A stretch of DNA of 44,897 bases, filler included, from an uncultured Methanoregulaceae archaeon (GCA_964530035.1; 17 parts of 17 records of this genome joined end to end with filler, not necessarily neighbours in it), one strand, 5' to 3'. Numbered from the whole stretch's first letter, positions 19,901-30,896 are shown. Notes: generated by a model from the sequence alone, not told the origin. A program made the numbers and translations.

Positions 19901-20429
19901 GGCTACAAGAACTGGGACGGGAACGGGCAAAAATCGTTGCAGGAACCCAGGGTACAGGATGTGGTGCTGACCTGCCCGGTATAGGGTGGCATAAGGGTCT
20001 GTTCCAGACCCTTCCCAGGACCGGGGTCCGTTCCCATCGGGACCTCTTCACAGAGAGCCGCTGTAAATGGGCCCGCAATCTATCGGATCTGCTACCGGTC
20101 TCCCATGGAGTCGTTTATCGTTGAGGGACGTGCCTGGTATGCGCGCCCCTTGCCTGAATTGCCATCGCCACCCGTTTCATGAGAGGGGTACCGGCTGGAA
20201 AATATGACACGCCCCGGAAGTGCCCCGTTGGCCGGACTGCCCTCTTTTAGTACCAGATATCCACAACAGGGGGATTGAAAACAATGGCCATAGGATATCC
20301 GAGCAGTTTCCTCTCGGAACTGCGTTTTGGACATCCAGGCGAATCTTCATTGGTCTTCCGCGCATACACGTTTGGAGAACCGTCCCGGGCAAGTCAGGAG
20401 GGGACGCACACAGGGGGGACGAAAGGGAA

Positions 20430-21365
20430 ATGGGAAACACGACTGTGTATGTTATCGGGCATAAGAACCCGGATACCGACAGCATTGCGAGTGCCATAGG
20501 GTATGCTGAACTCCGGAACACAACGGAACCCGGCCGGTTCGTGCCGGCACGGTGTGGCAGCCTCTCCCCTGAAACCCTGCATGCACTCTTTACCTTCAGC
20601 GCTCCTGAACCCGTGCTCGTTGAGAGCGTTGAACCGACCGTTGCCGATATCCCGATGCTCCACCAGGAGCAGGCACCCCCAGGGATGCCGGCAATCGATG
20701 TTGTGCACCTCATGAATGAGCGGGATGTAAGGAACATCCCCATTGTGGACGACCGCGGATGCTTCCTCGGCATTTTGTCCGAACATGGACTGGCACGCGC
20801 CTATGCATCAGCGCAGCCCATGACCGAACTCCGCATCGGCCCGCTATCAGAAGAAGAACTCGCGCGCATCCTCACCGGGGACGTCCTGGTAAGAGCACAT
20901 GACCGCCTGTCCGGCAGGGTCACGATCATTATCGACGCACTCCATGTCGCGCTTGCGCGCCTCGCCCCAGGCGACATCGTGGTCGTCGGAGACAACGAGC
21001 CGGTCCAGCTTGCCCTCGTCCCGGCCGGTATCGCCGCGCTCATCATCGCCGAGGGCGCACCCGTGGGAGCGCGTCTGCTTGAGGCCGCACGCGAGCGCGG
21101 AGTGAGCGTCATCGTCACCCCACTTGACGCATTCTCGGCAGGACGGATGATCCACCTCTCCCTCCCTGCAGAAGCCCTCATGGCGACCGATGTCCCGACC
21201 GTGAGGCCCGACGACCCGGTCGCGGTCGCCAAGAAGGTAGTTGCAGACTCCCGGTACAGGACGGCCAGTGTTGTCGGCGCAAACGGGAAACACCTCGGGA
21301 TGATCTCCCGTAACTCATTCCTCGAGGTGATCCACCGGGACGTCGTCCTGGTTGACCACAACGAG
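20430..21365 (+). CDS. ppaC: Mn-dependent inorganic pyrophosphatase, CBS/DRTGG type (N-terminal part, 3' truncated)
   Basis: IGHKNPDTDSI, CBS-DRTGG-CBS insert, ends at LVDHNE. Confidence 0.93.
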
Positions 21366-21465
21366 NNNNNNNNNNNNNNNNNNNNNNNNNNNNNNNNNNN
21401 NNNNNNNNNTTAATTAATTAANNNNNNNNNNNNNNNNNNNNNNNNNNNNNNNNNNNNNNNNNNNN

Positions 21466-22219
21466 TGACAAGCACATGGAGGTTGTGCTGGTAGGCGAGG
21501 TATTCGGCGACAGAGAGTGCAACCCTCGGGGCTGCTATCCGCTCGATAGTCGGGTCGTCGGCAAGGTTGAGGAAAAAGACCACCCTCTCGAGGGCTCCGG
21601 TGCTCTCGAAGTCCTTCATGAAAAAGGACGCTTCCTTGTGGGTTATCCCCATTGCTGAAAAAACGACGGCAAACTTCTCGTCAACACCCGGGACCTTCGT
21701 CTGCCGTGCGATCTGGGCGGCGAGCCTGTTCGCCGGAAGGCCTGCGCCGGAGAAAATCGGCAGTTTCTGCCCCCTCACGAGGGTGTTCAGCCCGTCAATC
21801 GTTGACATCCCCGTCTGGATAAAGTCAGCGGGCTTGTCCCTGGCGTAGGGGTTGATGGGCATCCCCGATATTTCAACGGTTTCGTCGGAGATGATATCCG
21901 GCTTGCCGTCCCGGGGTTTTCCAACCCCTGAAAAGACTCTCCCGAGCATCTCGATGGACACGTTGATACTCGGAAGCTCCCCGCTGAACCGGACCGCTGT
22001 CCTGACACTGTCAATACCGCTTGTCCCTTCGTAGACCTGGACGACCGCGAGGTCTCGCGAGATATCAAGGACCTGCCCGTTGCGTTCCTCTCCCGAGGGC
22101 AGGACGATCCGTGCGGTTTCGCCATACGATACATTGCGTGTCTTTTCAACAAAGATGAGCGGTCCTGAAACGTAACTGATGGAGCGGTATTCCCTGGTGC
22201 TGAGGTCGTAGCCTGTCAT
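21466..22219 (-). CDS. atpB: V/A-type ATP synthase subunit B (3' truncated)
   Basis: [49 protein letters not shown]. Confidence 0.97.
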
Positions 22220-23958
22220 TATCCCTCCACCTCCAGCCCGCGGATCCGGGTTGTAATGGATGCGGCAAGGTCCTGCAGCCTGGAGACCTCGGCAACTTCC
22301 TTCATACGGGTTATCTCCCTCCTTTCCGGAATTCCCATGACCTGCCTCAAGGGGATGCCCTTTCCAAGTTTCGTGACCGATTCCCTGTAGAAGGTGTGGA
22401 TGACGGAAAGCATCCAGTACTGCTTTTCGAGGGGGCAGTAGGAATCGGTGTCGCTATAGGCACTCTGCTGGAGAAAGTCCTCGCGGATCATCCGTGTCAC
22501 TTCGAGGATGAGCTTTTCGTTGTCCGGAAGAGCGTCAGGGCCGACGAGTTGCACTATCTCGAGCAGCTCAACCTCCTTCTGGAGGAGATACATGGTCTGG
22601 CTCCGAAGGTCACGCCAGTCCGGGGCCATGTTCTCTGAGTACCAGTCCTGCAGGCTGTCAAGGTACAGGGAATAACTCTTGATCCAGTTAATCGAGGGAA
22701 AATGCCTGCGATTCGCAAGGCTGGTATCAAGCGCCCAGAAAGTCCCGGCGATACGAAGTGTGTTCTGGGTGATGGGTTCCGAAAAATCTCCCCCAGGTGG
22801 TGAAACAGCCCCCACGATGGTAATGGATCCGGTCCGGTTATCATTCCCGAGGCATACCACCCTTCCTGCCCGTTCATAGAATGCAGCAAGACGCGTGGCG
22901 AGGTACGCCGGGTATCCCTCCTCTCCCGGCATCTCCTCGAGCCGTCCTGAAACCTCCCTGAGTGCCTCGCCCCAGCGTGAGGTCGAGTCAGCCATGAGGG
23001 CGACATCGTACCCCATGTCCCGGTAGTACTCCCCCATGGTGATCCCGGTATAGATGGACGCCTCCCTGGCAGCGACCGGCATGTTCGAGGTGTTGGCGAC
23101 CATGATCGTCCGTTCGATGAGGGGCAGCCCCGTTCGCGGGTCGATGAGCTCCGGGAACTCGGTAAGGACATCGGTCATCTCGTTTCCCCGTTCCCCGCAG
23201 CCGATATACACAATGAGGCGGGCATCAGCCCACTTTGCAAGGGTCTGTTCGGAAACGGTCTTTCCCGTTCCAAAACCGCCGGGGATCATCGCGGTCCCGC
23301 CCTTGGTCACCGGGAAGAGGCTGTCGAAGATCCGCTGACCCGTGATGAGGGGCAGTTCAGGGTCAAGTTTTTTCCGGGAGGGACGTTCCTTCCTGACCGG
23401 CCAGGTCTGCATCATGGGCAGGTCGGTCCCGTCGGCAAGGCGTGCGACCACCCCTTCGACCGTCATCATGCCGTCCATCAATTCGCTGAGCGTCCCGCTG
23501 ACACCCGGGGGGACCATGATCCGGTGTTCAATATTGAACTCCTGGACCGTCCCGAGGGTATCCCCGCCGGATACCGAGTCGCCCGCCTTTGCCACAGGGA
23601 TAAATTCCCATTTCCTTTTCCTGTCCAGGCCGGGGACGGTCATACCCCTCGAGATGAAACTGCCTGACAGTTCTGCGAGAGCGGACAACGGGCGCTGCAC
23701 CCCGTCATAAATCGATGATATGAGCCCGGGGCCCAGTTCCACGGAAAGCGGTCGCCCGGTATTGACAACCGGTTCATCGACTTTCAGCCCCGAGGTGTCT
23801 TCATACACCTGGATGACTGCATCATTGCCGTCAAGCCGGATGATCTCACCTGCCAGGGAGAGGTTCCCGACCCGGACGACATCGTACATCCTGGAACCCT
23901 GCATCTCTCCGGCAAGGATTACCGGCCCGGATATCCGGATAATATGACCCGTGACCAT
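22219..23958 (-). CDS. atpA: V/A-type ATP synthase subunit A
   Basis: GGFGTGKT P-loop, [33 protein letters not shown]. No intein. Confidence 0.98.
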   Translation of the reverse strand: MVTGHIIRISGPVILAGEMQGSRMYDVVRVGNLSLAGEIIRLDGNDAVIQVYEDTSGLKVDEPVVNTGRPLSVELGPGLISSIYDGVQRPLSALAELSGSFISRGMTVPGLDRKRKWEFIPVAKAGDSVSGGDTLGTVQEFNIEHRIMVPPGVSGTLSELMDGMMTVEGVVARLADGTDLPMMQTWPVRKERPSRKKLDPELPLITGQRIFDSLFPVTKGGTAMIPGGFGTGKTVSEQTLAKWADARLIVYIGCGERGNEMTDVLTEFPELIDPRTGLPLIERTIMVANTSNMPVAAREASIYTGITMGEYYRDMGYDVALMADSTSRWGEALREVSGRLEEMPGEEGYPAYLATRLAAFYERAGRVVCLGNDNRTGSITIVGAVSPPGGDFSEPITQNTLRIAGTFWALDTSLANRRHFPSINWIKSYSLYLDSLQDWYSENMAPDWRDLRSQTMYLLQKEVELLEIVQLVGPDALPDNEKLILEVTRMIREDFLQQSAYSDTDSYCPLEKQYWMLSVIHTFYRESVTKLGKGIPLRQVMGIPERREITRMKEVAEVSRLQDLAASITTRIRGLEVEG

Positions 23959-23960
23959 TG

Positions 23961-24225
23961 TTACCGCCTCACCACGATATTATAGCCGATTGCCCTGCGG
24001 AGGAGCCGTTCGATATAGCTTCCCGAAGGGACACCTTTCGAGGTCGATGGAATGGGGATGATGATTGGCCGGTACGTACTCTCAATCGTGGCCAGCAGGT
24101 CCCTGTCGAGCAGCGACATGAAGTCTTCGCTTATCCCGATGATACCAGTATCATCCGCGTTGAGGAGGGGCGGGATGACCTTTTTTGCCTCATCAGGCCC
24201 TTTGACCTCGATAACATCGACACCA
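23961..24225 (-). CDS. atpF: V/A-type ATP synthase subunit F (5' truncated; absent from the ORF track)
   Basis: Manual translation GVDVIEV...[11 protein letters not shown]...RPIIIPIPS...[18 protein letters not shown], ending 2 nt before atpA. Confidence 0.9.
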
Positions 24226-24325
24226 NNNNNNNNNNNNNNNNNNNNNNNNNNNNNNNNNNNNNNNNNNNNTTAATTAATTAANNNNNNNNNNNNNNNNNNN
24301 NNNNNNNNNNNNNNNNNNNNNNNNN

Positions 24326-24690
24326 ATACGGATAATGACGGGATAGGAGACGCCTGTGACAGTGACAATGACAATGATGGCGTAGTTGATACAGTTGACA
24401 ACTGTCCCGGAGTGGCAAATCCCGACCAGTCAGATACAGATAATGACGGGGTAGGAGATGCCTGTGATAGTGACAATGACAATGACGGCGTAGCTGATAC
24501 GGTCGATAACTGTCCCGGAGTGGCAAATCCTGATCAGGCAAATATGGACGAAGACGGGATGGGAGATGTCTGCGACCCTGATGATGACAATGATGGCGTA
24601 GATGATACAGTTGACAACTGTCCCGGAGTGGCAAATCCCGACCAGTCAGATACAGATAATGACGGGATAGGAGACGCCTGTGATAGTGAC
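24326..24690 (+). repeat. 108-bp coding tandem repeat (TSP3 units, ~3.4 copies visible)
   Basis: AACTGTCCCGGAGTGGCAAATCC recurs at 108-nt spacing. Confidence 0.95.
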
Positions 24691-25236
24691 AGCGGAAATC
24701 AGCCTCCGGTACTCGGGGCTATCGGTAACAGAGTCGTGGTTGAGGGTGAGAATTTCGTGCTGACTCTCGCGGCCTCGGACCCCGACAACGATGAACTTAC
24801 CTTTTCGGCAGACCCTCTTCCATCAGGAGCAACCTTTGATGGTCAACAAGGTGTCTTCAGCTGGATGCCGGGTCCGGGCCAGAGTGGCGAATACCAGATT
24901 ACGTTCGGTGTCTCCGACGGAGAACTCACTGACAGTGAAACAGTATCAGTTACGGTCTCCACACCTTCAGATCCCGAAGGGGACCTCCAGGCACTCATCT
25001 CCTATGTGGAAAGCCTGGACATCCATAAAGGAATTAAAAACAGTCTTCTCTCGAAACTTGAGAACGCGCTGAAATCCGTCGAGAAAGGAAACCTCGCAGC
25101 TGCAGAAGGACAATTACAGGCTTTCATTAATGAAGTGGAGGCTCAGGACGGCAAGAAAATACCCCCCGGGATTGCGACCATACTAAAGACCCGGGCAGAA
25201 GCGGTCATTCTTTCACTCCAATCATTTTTCCATTGA
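24326..25236 (+). CDS. Extracellular protein C-terminus: thrombospondin type 3 repeats + Ig/cadherin-like domain + FIMAH-like helical domain (5' truncated)
   Basis: [24 protein letters not shown] repeats; [47 protein letters not shown]. Confidence 0.88.
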
Positions 25237-25503
25237 GCGATCCCAGTTATCCCCGGGGTCTGGCGTCTGGTTCAGTCCAGGCCAGGTAATCCCTCCCGGG
25301 CATTGACCGGGTAGTCCTGCCGAAGCACCCTGGCGACACGTCCGGCCGTTTACAGCCCTTATGAGGAAAATGCTTCGGCATTCCGCCGATGAAGAGCAAC
25401 CTATATGAAAACCCTTAAACACCGGCTTTTGCCATAACCTCACGCTGAATTTTCCACTGGAGATGGTTCAGCCATAAAAAAGGATTTGCTGTCTATCTCC
25501 CTA

Positions 25504-26724
25504 TCACGTCCCGAACAGGGGAGCAAGTTCGACCTTCTGCCAGCTTTTATCCGGCACCTTCATCCAGAGGGTCTGTGACTTCGGGACGAACACGACCATG
25601 TGATTTGTCGTGTACAGGCTTTCAGGACTCGTCGGGGAGAGGGCCGAGTGCAGGAAGGTCGCCCCGCCTTTCTCCCAGGCAACGTCGCGGATCTCCATCA
25701 TTTTCGCGGCATCAATCGAGCCCTTCGCATCCTCCGCCTGCTTCAGGAGGTTGTTGTACCGGGTGGCCGTGTGTTCCGGCGGGGGAGATGCCTGTTTCCA
25801 GGACGGGTCGACAAAGTGGTTGGCTGCCGCGACCACCCCGTCGCCGGTCCTGACCTTCGTCTCGTTTGTCATGACTTCGTAGACATATGCGGACTCAGGC
25901 CCCGCGACATCGATGATCCAGGCAAGGTTTGGCCGGGCGCCCTGGACCCCCATTTTGAGTCCTGCAAGGTCCGAATAGTCCAGCATGAACCTGAAGAACT
26001 CAGAGACAAGGTCGGGGCGGGTGTCGGGAGCGTCATCGTCGAAAATCCCGGAGTTGTCGTCGGCGATAAACAGCCCCCTGCTGTTCATGAGGGTTTCCGG
26101 CCGTGTCCCTGCCGGGCCGAAGGTCGCGACACCGTTGCTGCCGTCGGTTGGCCGGTACACCACGAGGGCATACCACGGGGTGAACGGGAGCACGGCGTCG
26201 TCAAGGTCCCAGTTCCGGGAGACCACGACGGAACCGTCGGTCGTGTAGTTCCCCCAGGTCGCAAGGTACGAACAGGAGGCCGGGGCAGGCTGGACCATGA
26301 GGAATAAAATGATCCCGTTGTAGAGTGCGAGGACATCATCGGTGGTCAGGCCCGAGGTCTCTGCCATGCCCTCGAACAGCTCCATCTGTCGCTGCGGGTA
26401 CAACACGGCAGCCTCCCGTCCCATGGCACGGACCTGGTCGCGGGTGTACCCCCGCTTTGCAAGGCTGTCAAGGATATAGGCGTACTCCTCGTTCAGCTCG
26501 GTCTTCATGAGGCCACCATACTGGCGGCCCATCTGGCGGAATGACCCCGTCAGCACGATGACCGGGTATCCGCCCGCATCGTACCGCTTACCGCCTTCGA
26601 AGGTAAGGGCGGGCCCCTTTGAAGGTTTTGACTGCCAGGAGAATGAAGCCAGGTCCGGCAGGGTGAATGCAACAACGGGGCCTGTCAGGAGACAGAGGAT
26701 ACCAAGTATGGCAAGGAGTTTCAT
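25504..26724 (-). CDS. Secreted C45 family autoproteolytic acyltransferase/hydrolase (Ntn fold)
   Basis: Signal peptide, GSFRQMGRQYG, SCS nucleophile site, SRNWD, MNSRGL, ANHF, RY. Confidence 0.88.
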   Translation of the reverse strand: MKLLAILGILCLLTGPVVAFTLPDLASFSWQSKPSKGPALTFEGGKRYDAGGYPVIVLTGSFRQMGRQYGGLMKTELNEEYAYILDSLAKRGYTRDQVRAMGREAAVLYPQRQMELFEGMAETSGLTTDDVLALYNGIILFLMVQPAPASCSYLATWGNYTTDGSVVVSRNWDLDDAVLPFTPWYALVVYRPTDGSNGVATFGPAGTRPETLMNSRGLFIADDNSGIFDDDAPDTRPDLVSEFFRFMLDYSDLAGLKMGVQGARPNLAWIIDVAGPESAYVYEVMTNETKVRTGDGVVAAANHFVDPSWKQASPPPEHTATRYNNLLKQAEDAKGSIDAAKMMEIRDVAWEKGGATFLHSALSPTSPESLYTTNHMVVFVPKSQTLWMKVPDKSWQKVELAPLFGT

Positions 26725-27357
26725 ACACGTCCTGATTACTGTGACAGGTTAATACCTTTGATATGGGGTACACCACGGTGCCGTAGTACAAGTAAACAAG
26801 GGCATTAACACGTGATGGCAGGAAGAAATCCGCGTTATCACCTGGCGATCCATGACTTCTGTCAGGATGGACAATGTTCCTTAACTGAATGCCTACCGCT
26901 CGTAATACTCGCCTATTTCATTCCCCGTGGATTCCTCGATAAAAATTGTCGTGTATCCCCATTGATTTTCCGTAACTGTTCAGGTTCAACCACAAGATCC
27001 TAGTACAATGACGTCAAACTAACAANNNNNNNNNNNNNNNNNNNNNNNNNNNNNNNNNNNNNNNNNNNNTTAATTAATTAANNNNNNNNNNNNNNNNNNN
27101 NNNNNNNNNNNNNNNNNNNNNNNNNCCAAACAAGGTGGGAAATATCGGGTATTGTGTTACTGGTATTCACCCCGGGATCACCAGATCTTCCTGGAGTAGT
27201 AAATGTACAGGTCAAACCGGGTCAAAAATATTGGGGGTTGAATGGTTGACACGTGACCAATTGTTAAAGATAATTATCGGTCAGGGTCTATTATCATAGA
27301 CACTATTGTCAGATCCATGAGGCAAGGAATGGCTGGAGGGTATGGTATAACCGAGAT

Positions 27358-29787
27358 ATGATTGAAGAAATCAACAGGCTGCTCGGATCTGTTCTCGTTT
27401 TGATTAACAGCTGTTCGGAAAATGACATAACAACCGATATCTTTGTCCGGCCTGCAGACCCGACCCAGTACCGGGCAGCCCTTGAAGACATAACCGACCG
27501 GATTGCCACACTCCGGGCCTCAGGACTGAACAGGGATGAGGTCACCCGCCTGGTCACATCCCCAGGATGCGACTTTCCGGATGGCCTTAAAGAGATAACC
27601 CCTGCCGGGCAGCTTGCATCCCTGATGGGTGGAGGTTTCACTCCCCCGCAAAGGAGCCTTGTCCGTACCATTCTGCGGGAGTGGGCATCGGTGATTTTTT
27701 CGGACGATCCTGAAAACGGTCTGGCCTTACTTGAAGAAAGGACCCAGCCGCTCGCCCTTGATTCGCTCCTGTCCCCTGCTGTTACCCATATGAAGCGCTT
27801 CAATACAGTGATGCTCCTTCAGATGGGCCATCAGATGCAATACCCCCTGGAACGGCCTCCATGGGAAACAGGGGAGAATATCCTCGTTGCCTTTCATGAT
27901 GCGCCTGAATTTTTCTGCAGCAGGCTGAACCTCGCGGTCTTCTGGTTCCTTGCTGCACGCGGTCACCTGAAAGTGCCGGTATTTAAGTATACGGTCCTCC
28001 AGGCGCTGCATGACGTGGGTGTGTTCCGGGGGGGAGGAGAGAATGCCCTTGTGAGGATGTACCGGGATGATGATGTCCTGTCACCCGGCTTGTCCGAGGC
28101 CGGACGCCAGCTGGCGGGAAGACTGGAACGTCTCTATGATATCAGGGAGCTATTTGAAACGGCACTGACCTGCGGGTCAGGCCCGGCCGATGTCCTTTGC
28201 AGGAACAGGAGTCAGCCCGCCTGTTCCCTGCCACTCACTACCATGGAAAAACGTGCCGGCCAGGTACTTGGAGGGTTTGCATCCATTGCCGCACACAGTT
28301 CTTCATCCATGGGGCTGGACACGATAATTGCATTCTCAGAGCAGATTGCCTCCCGTATGGCTGGACAGGCAGAGCCCGGCCCGCTGCAGATACAGGCCGT
28401 GGACGAGGTCATTCTGGAATGTCTGCACCTATTGAGAGTGCTGACCGGGGACTATCGATGGCGGGCTGTCCCATTCCCCGATGAAGACGATCATTATCGG
28501 CCTCTTGTTTCATTGTCTCCGGATTTGGCCAGGATGCAGTATGATAAGGAAAAGCTGGCATACCGGCACCCTGCAGCCACCAGGGCGCTCGTCGTCGAGG
28601 CGTTGTACAGGAACCTCTTTATTACCATGCCTGGTCATGATACAAAGACCAGTCGAATGGATGCCTGGTTCAACGTGCTTGTCTCCATGGTCTGTTCCCG
28701 TCGGGCGGTGATGAAAGGGCGGGAAATGCACCCCGGTGTCTGGCGGTGGTTTGAACGTTTGATCGAAGAGGAAACCTCGCCGGCAAACATTCTTGCACAG
28801 GAAGCCTGCATGGAACTCGTGCACCCGGTTTACCAGTTTCTTGAGGGAGTGGTGTTTGAAGGGAGGACTGGGGGAGTGTGCGGGTATGTCCGCGACCCCG
28901 CTGTTGTACAGGCCCTCGAAAGGACGAGGGACGCGAGAAGGAAGGCAGGCAGCCCGGCTTGTGACCCCGAAGGTGGCATCGCCACGGTCCGAAATGAAGT
29001 GTGGCCGGTATTCCAGTACCTGGTGTCTGTATCTTCAACGAGAGTCAATAAGAGTGGGTTCCTGGGCGAAAAGGGAGAATTGGGTCAAGGAACGCTCCTT
29101 GAACCCCAGGGCAGCGTACCAAGGGTGGATACCTCTGTCAGAAGCCCAGATCAGCCATCGGGTGATACCGAGGGGGTTGTTATCGAAGGGAATGGCCCTG
29201 GTCTTCTTGAGGATGACGGGCTCTCTATTCCGGGCTTTAGCGATATAACCGGATTACCAGGATCTGACCGACTGGGGATTTCCGGGAACCCTGCGGGAAG
29301 ACACCAGGGGGGTGACCCTGGCTCCGGCTCACTTCCCAAGACAGGACCCGTGGATGAAGACCTGTTCTCAGGGATGTACCAGGATACGGAAGAGCTGGAG
29401 GATGCATGCAACGCGAGCCGAAACCTCATGGACCACCTCCCTGTCGATCCTGATGATTATGATCAGATCCGGTCTGGGGGGGCGGGCATTTCCGGTTCTC
29501 TGAAGGACACGATGTCAACCCTCGGCAAACTCGCAGAAAAGATGGATGAAACCGCCCGGGCTCTCGAACATAAGGTTCAATCAATGCTGGGCGGCGAAAA
29601 GGGATACGGGAACTCCCTCATGAACGATGGAATTCAGCAGGGGGCCGCTCCGGGGGACAAGTGGAATGCCGCATGCAGGGTTTCAGAAAAAGTCACTCAT
29701 GCTGCGCGGGAGTACCGAAACTCACTGTCGGACCTTGAAAGGGACGTTCATTCATCCGGGACAGATCCCGGGAATATCATCGAGCGG
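27358..29787 (+). CDS. Large hypothetical protein (>800 aa, 3' truncated), possibly the N-terminus of a vWA/CobT-like protein
   Basis: Long open frame: helical N-terminal region, then an acidic Gly/Pro-rich linker and coiled-coil-like segments. Confidence 0.7.
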
Positions 29788-29892
29788 NNNNNNNNNNNNN
29801 NNNNNNNNNNNNNNNNNNNNNNNNNNNNNNNTTAATTAATTAANNNNNNNNNNNNNNNNNNNNNNNNNNNNNNNNNNNNNNNNNNNNACCCA

Positions 29893-30319
29893 GGCGGTTG
29901 CACCGCCATCAATCGTTGTTACCACTTCTGACACCTTCGTTTCCAAGGGAGGTTTTCATGGAATCATGTCCTGGATCAGTGTCCCGTGCCAGTCACCGGG
30001 CATGCCGGTATGTCCATTTCTCCATGACATCCCAAGGCACAGTCTTCTCCCGGGCACTTCAGCCGGGAATCCCTGTCTGCCCGGGAACGGGACATGAGGC
30101 GGGTTTGTATCAGAGGGACAACCTTCACCATGCATCTCATCCACCATGAAATCATTGCCGTGCTGAGGCATGCCGGCAGGGAAAGGTGTGACAGGTGTGA
30201 TATGAACTGATCCCATGCCGCATACCCTGGAACGACCATGTTCCGTGTCCATGAAGCTGGCCTGGATACAGGGTCGGTGTCGTTCCAGCGGTTTGTGCAT
30301 CAGGGCTGTCCCTCTGATA
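29893..30319 (-). ncRNA. Candidate nitrogen-regulated structured RNA (sRNA or long 5' leader)
   Basis: Begins at the expected start site of a TATA + NrpR-operator promoter. Multiple nested stems, including a 16-bp closing stem whose only non-Watson-Crick pair is G-U on this strand. Confidence 0.5.
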
Positions 30320-30322
30320 GAA

Positions 30323-30347
30323 GGAAGTTATCTTCCATGCATATAAA
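30323..30347 (-). promoter_or_regulatory. Archaeal TATA box followed by an NrpR-type operator
   Basis: Minus strand reads AAGAATGTA-TTTATATG-CAT-GGAAGATAACTTCC. GGAA-N6-TTCC is at 30323-30336 and the TATA box at 30340-30347. Confidence 0.75.
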
Positions 30348-30896
30348 TACATTCTTATTAGACATAGCATTACGCGCCATTGAGGTCGTTTTCAGAGAGG
30401 AGGATCGACCGAAACACGGTCACCGCGGAACTGGCCCATGTCATGAATGATAAATAATAGAGAGAGGACCGGACAGGTCACAATAACCAACCCGCCACGT
30501 TCCGGCAGTTTGTCATCGGCTGACACACAGACGTGCCTTGTGGCCGCGACAAGCGGACACCTGGCCGACAGGGTCTCCAGGCGGCACAGAAATTCCAGTG
30601 GCTCCGCCGACGGGCAGTAGGAAGGAAGCAATGAATGAATACTTAAAAATATTATGCGTTCTGCAGTTCCTGACAAATAAATATTCAAAAAAATTATAGG
30701 AAAATTAAGATTATTTTAAAAAAATTTCATAGAATCAGAATTATCATGGTCATCTCCAGAAGAGGCGCCCACAATAAAAAAACCAGCAGCATGATAAATG
30801 GATTTATATCACAGGGCATGACACATTATTTCCACCTCTGGTCCCGGATTACAGGGGCAATCCCTTTCCGGCAGGACGTACAATTGCGTGGTTGAC

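Noticed and set aside
22219..23958. Intein in atpA (also checked rtcB)
   Set aside because: Both proteins have normal length and uninterrupted conserved motifs.
24326..24690. Possible CRISPR array
   Set aside because: The whole 108-bp unit repeats, stays in frame and encodes TSP3 repeats. There are no unique spacers.
27160..27250. Third, inverted copy of the 180-bp dispersed element
   Set aside because: Only short patches match (TATTCACC, CAGATCT, GTAAATG) and large gaps are needed. Not supportable without an HMM search.
30801..30833. NrpR operator at the glutamate synthase promoter
   Set aside because: A TATA-like TTTATATC is present, but downstream there is only a half site (GACA-N6-TTCC).
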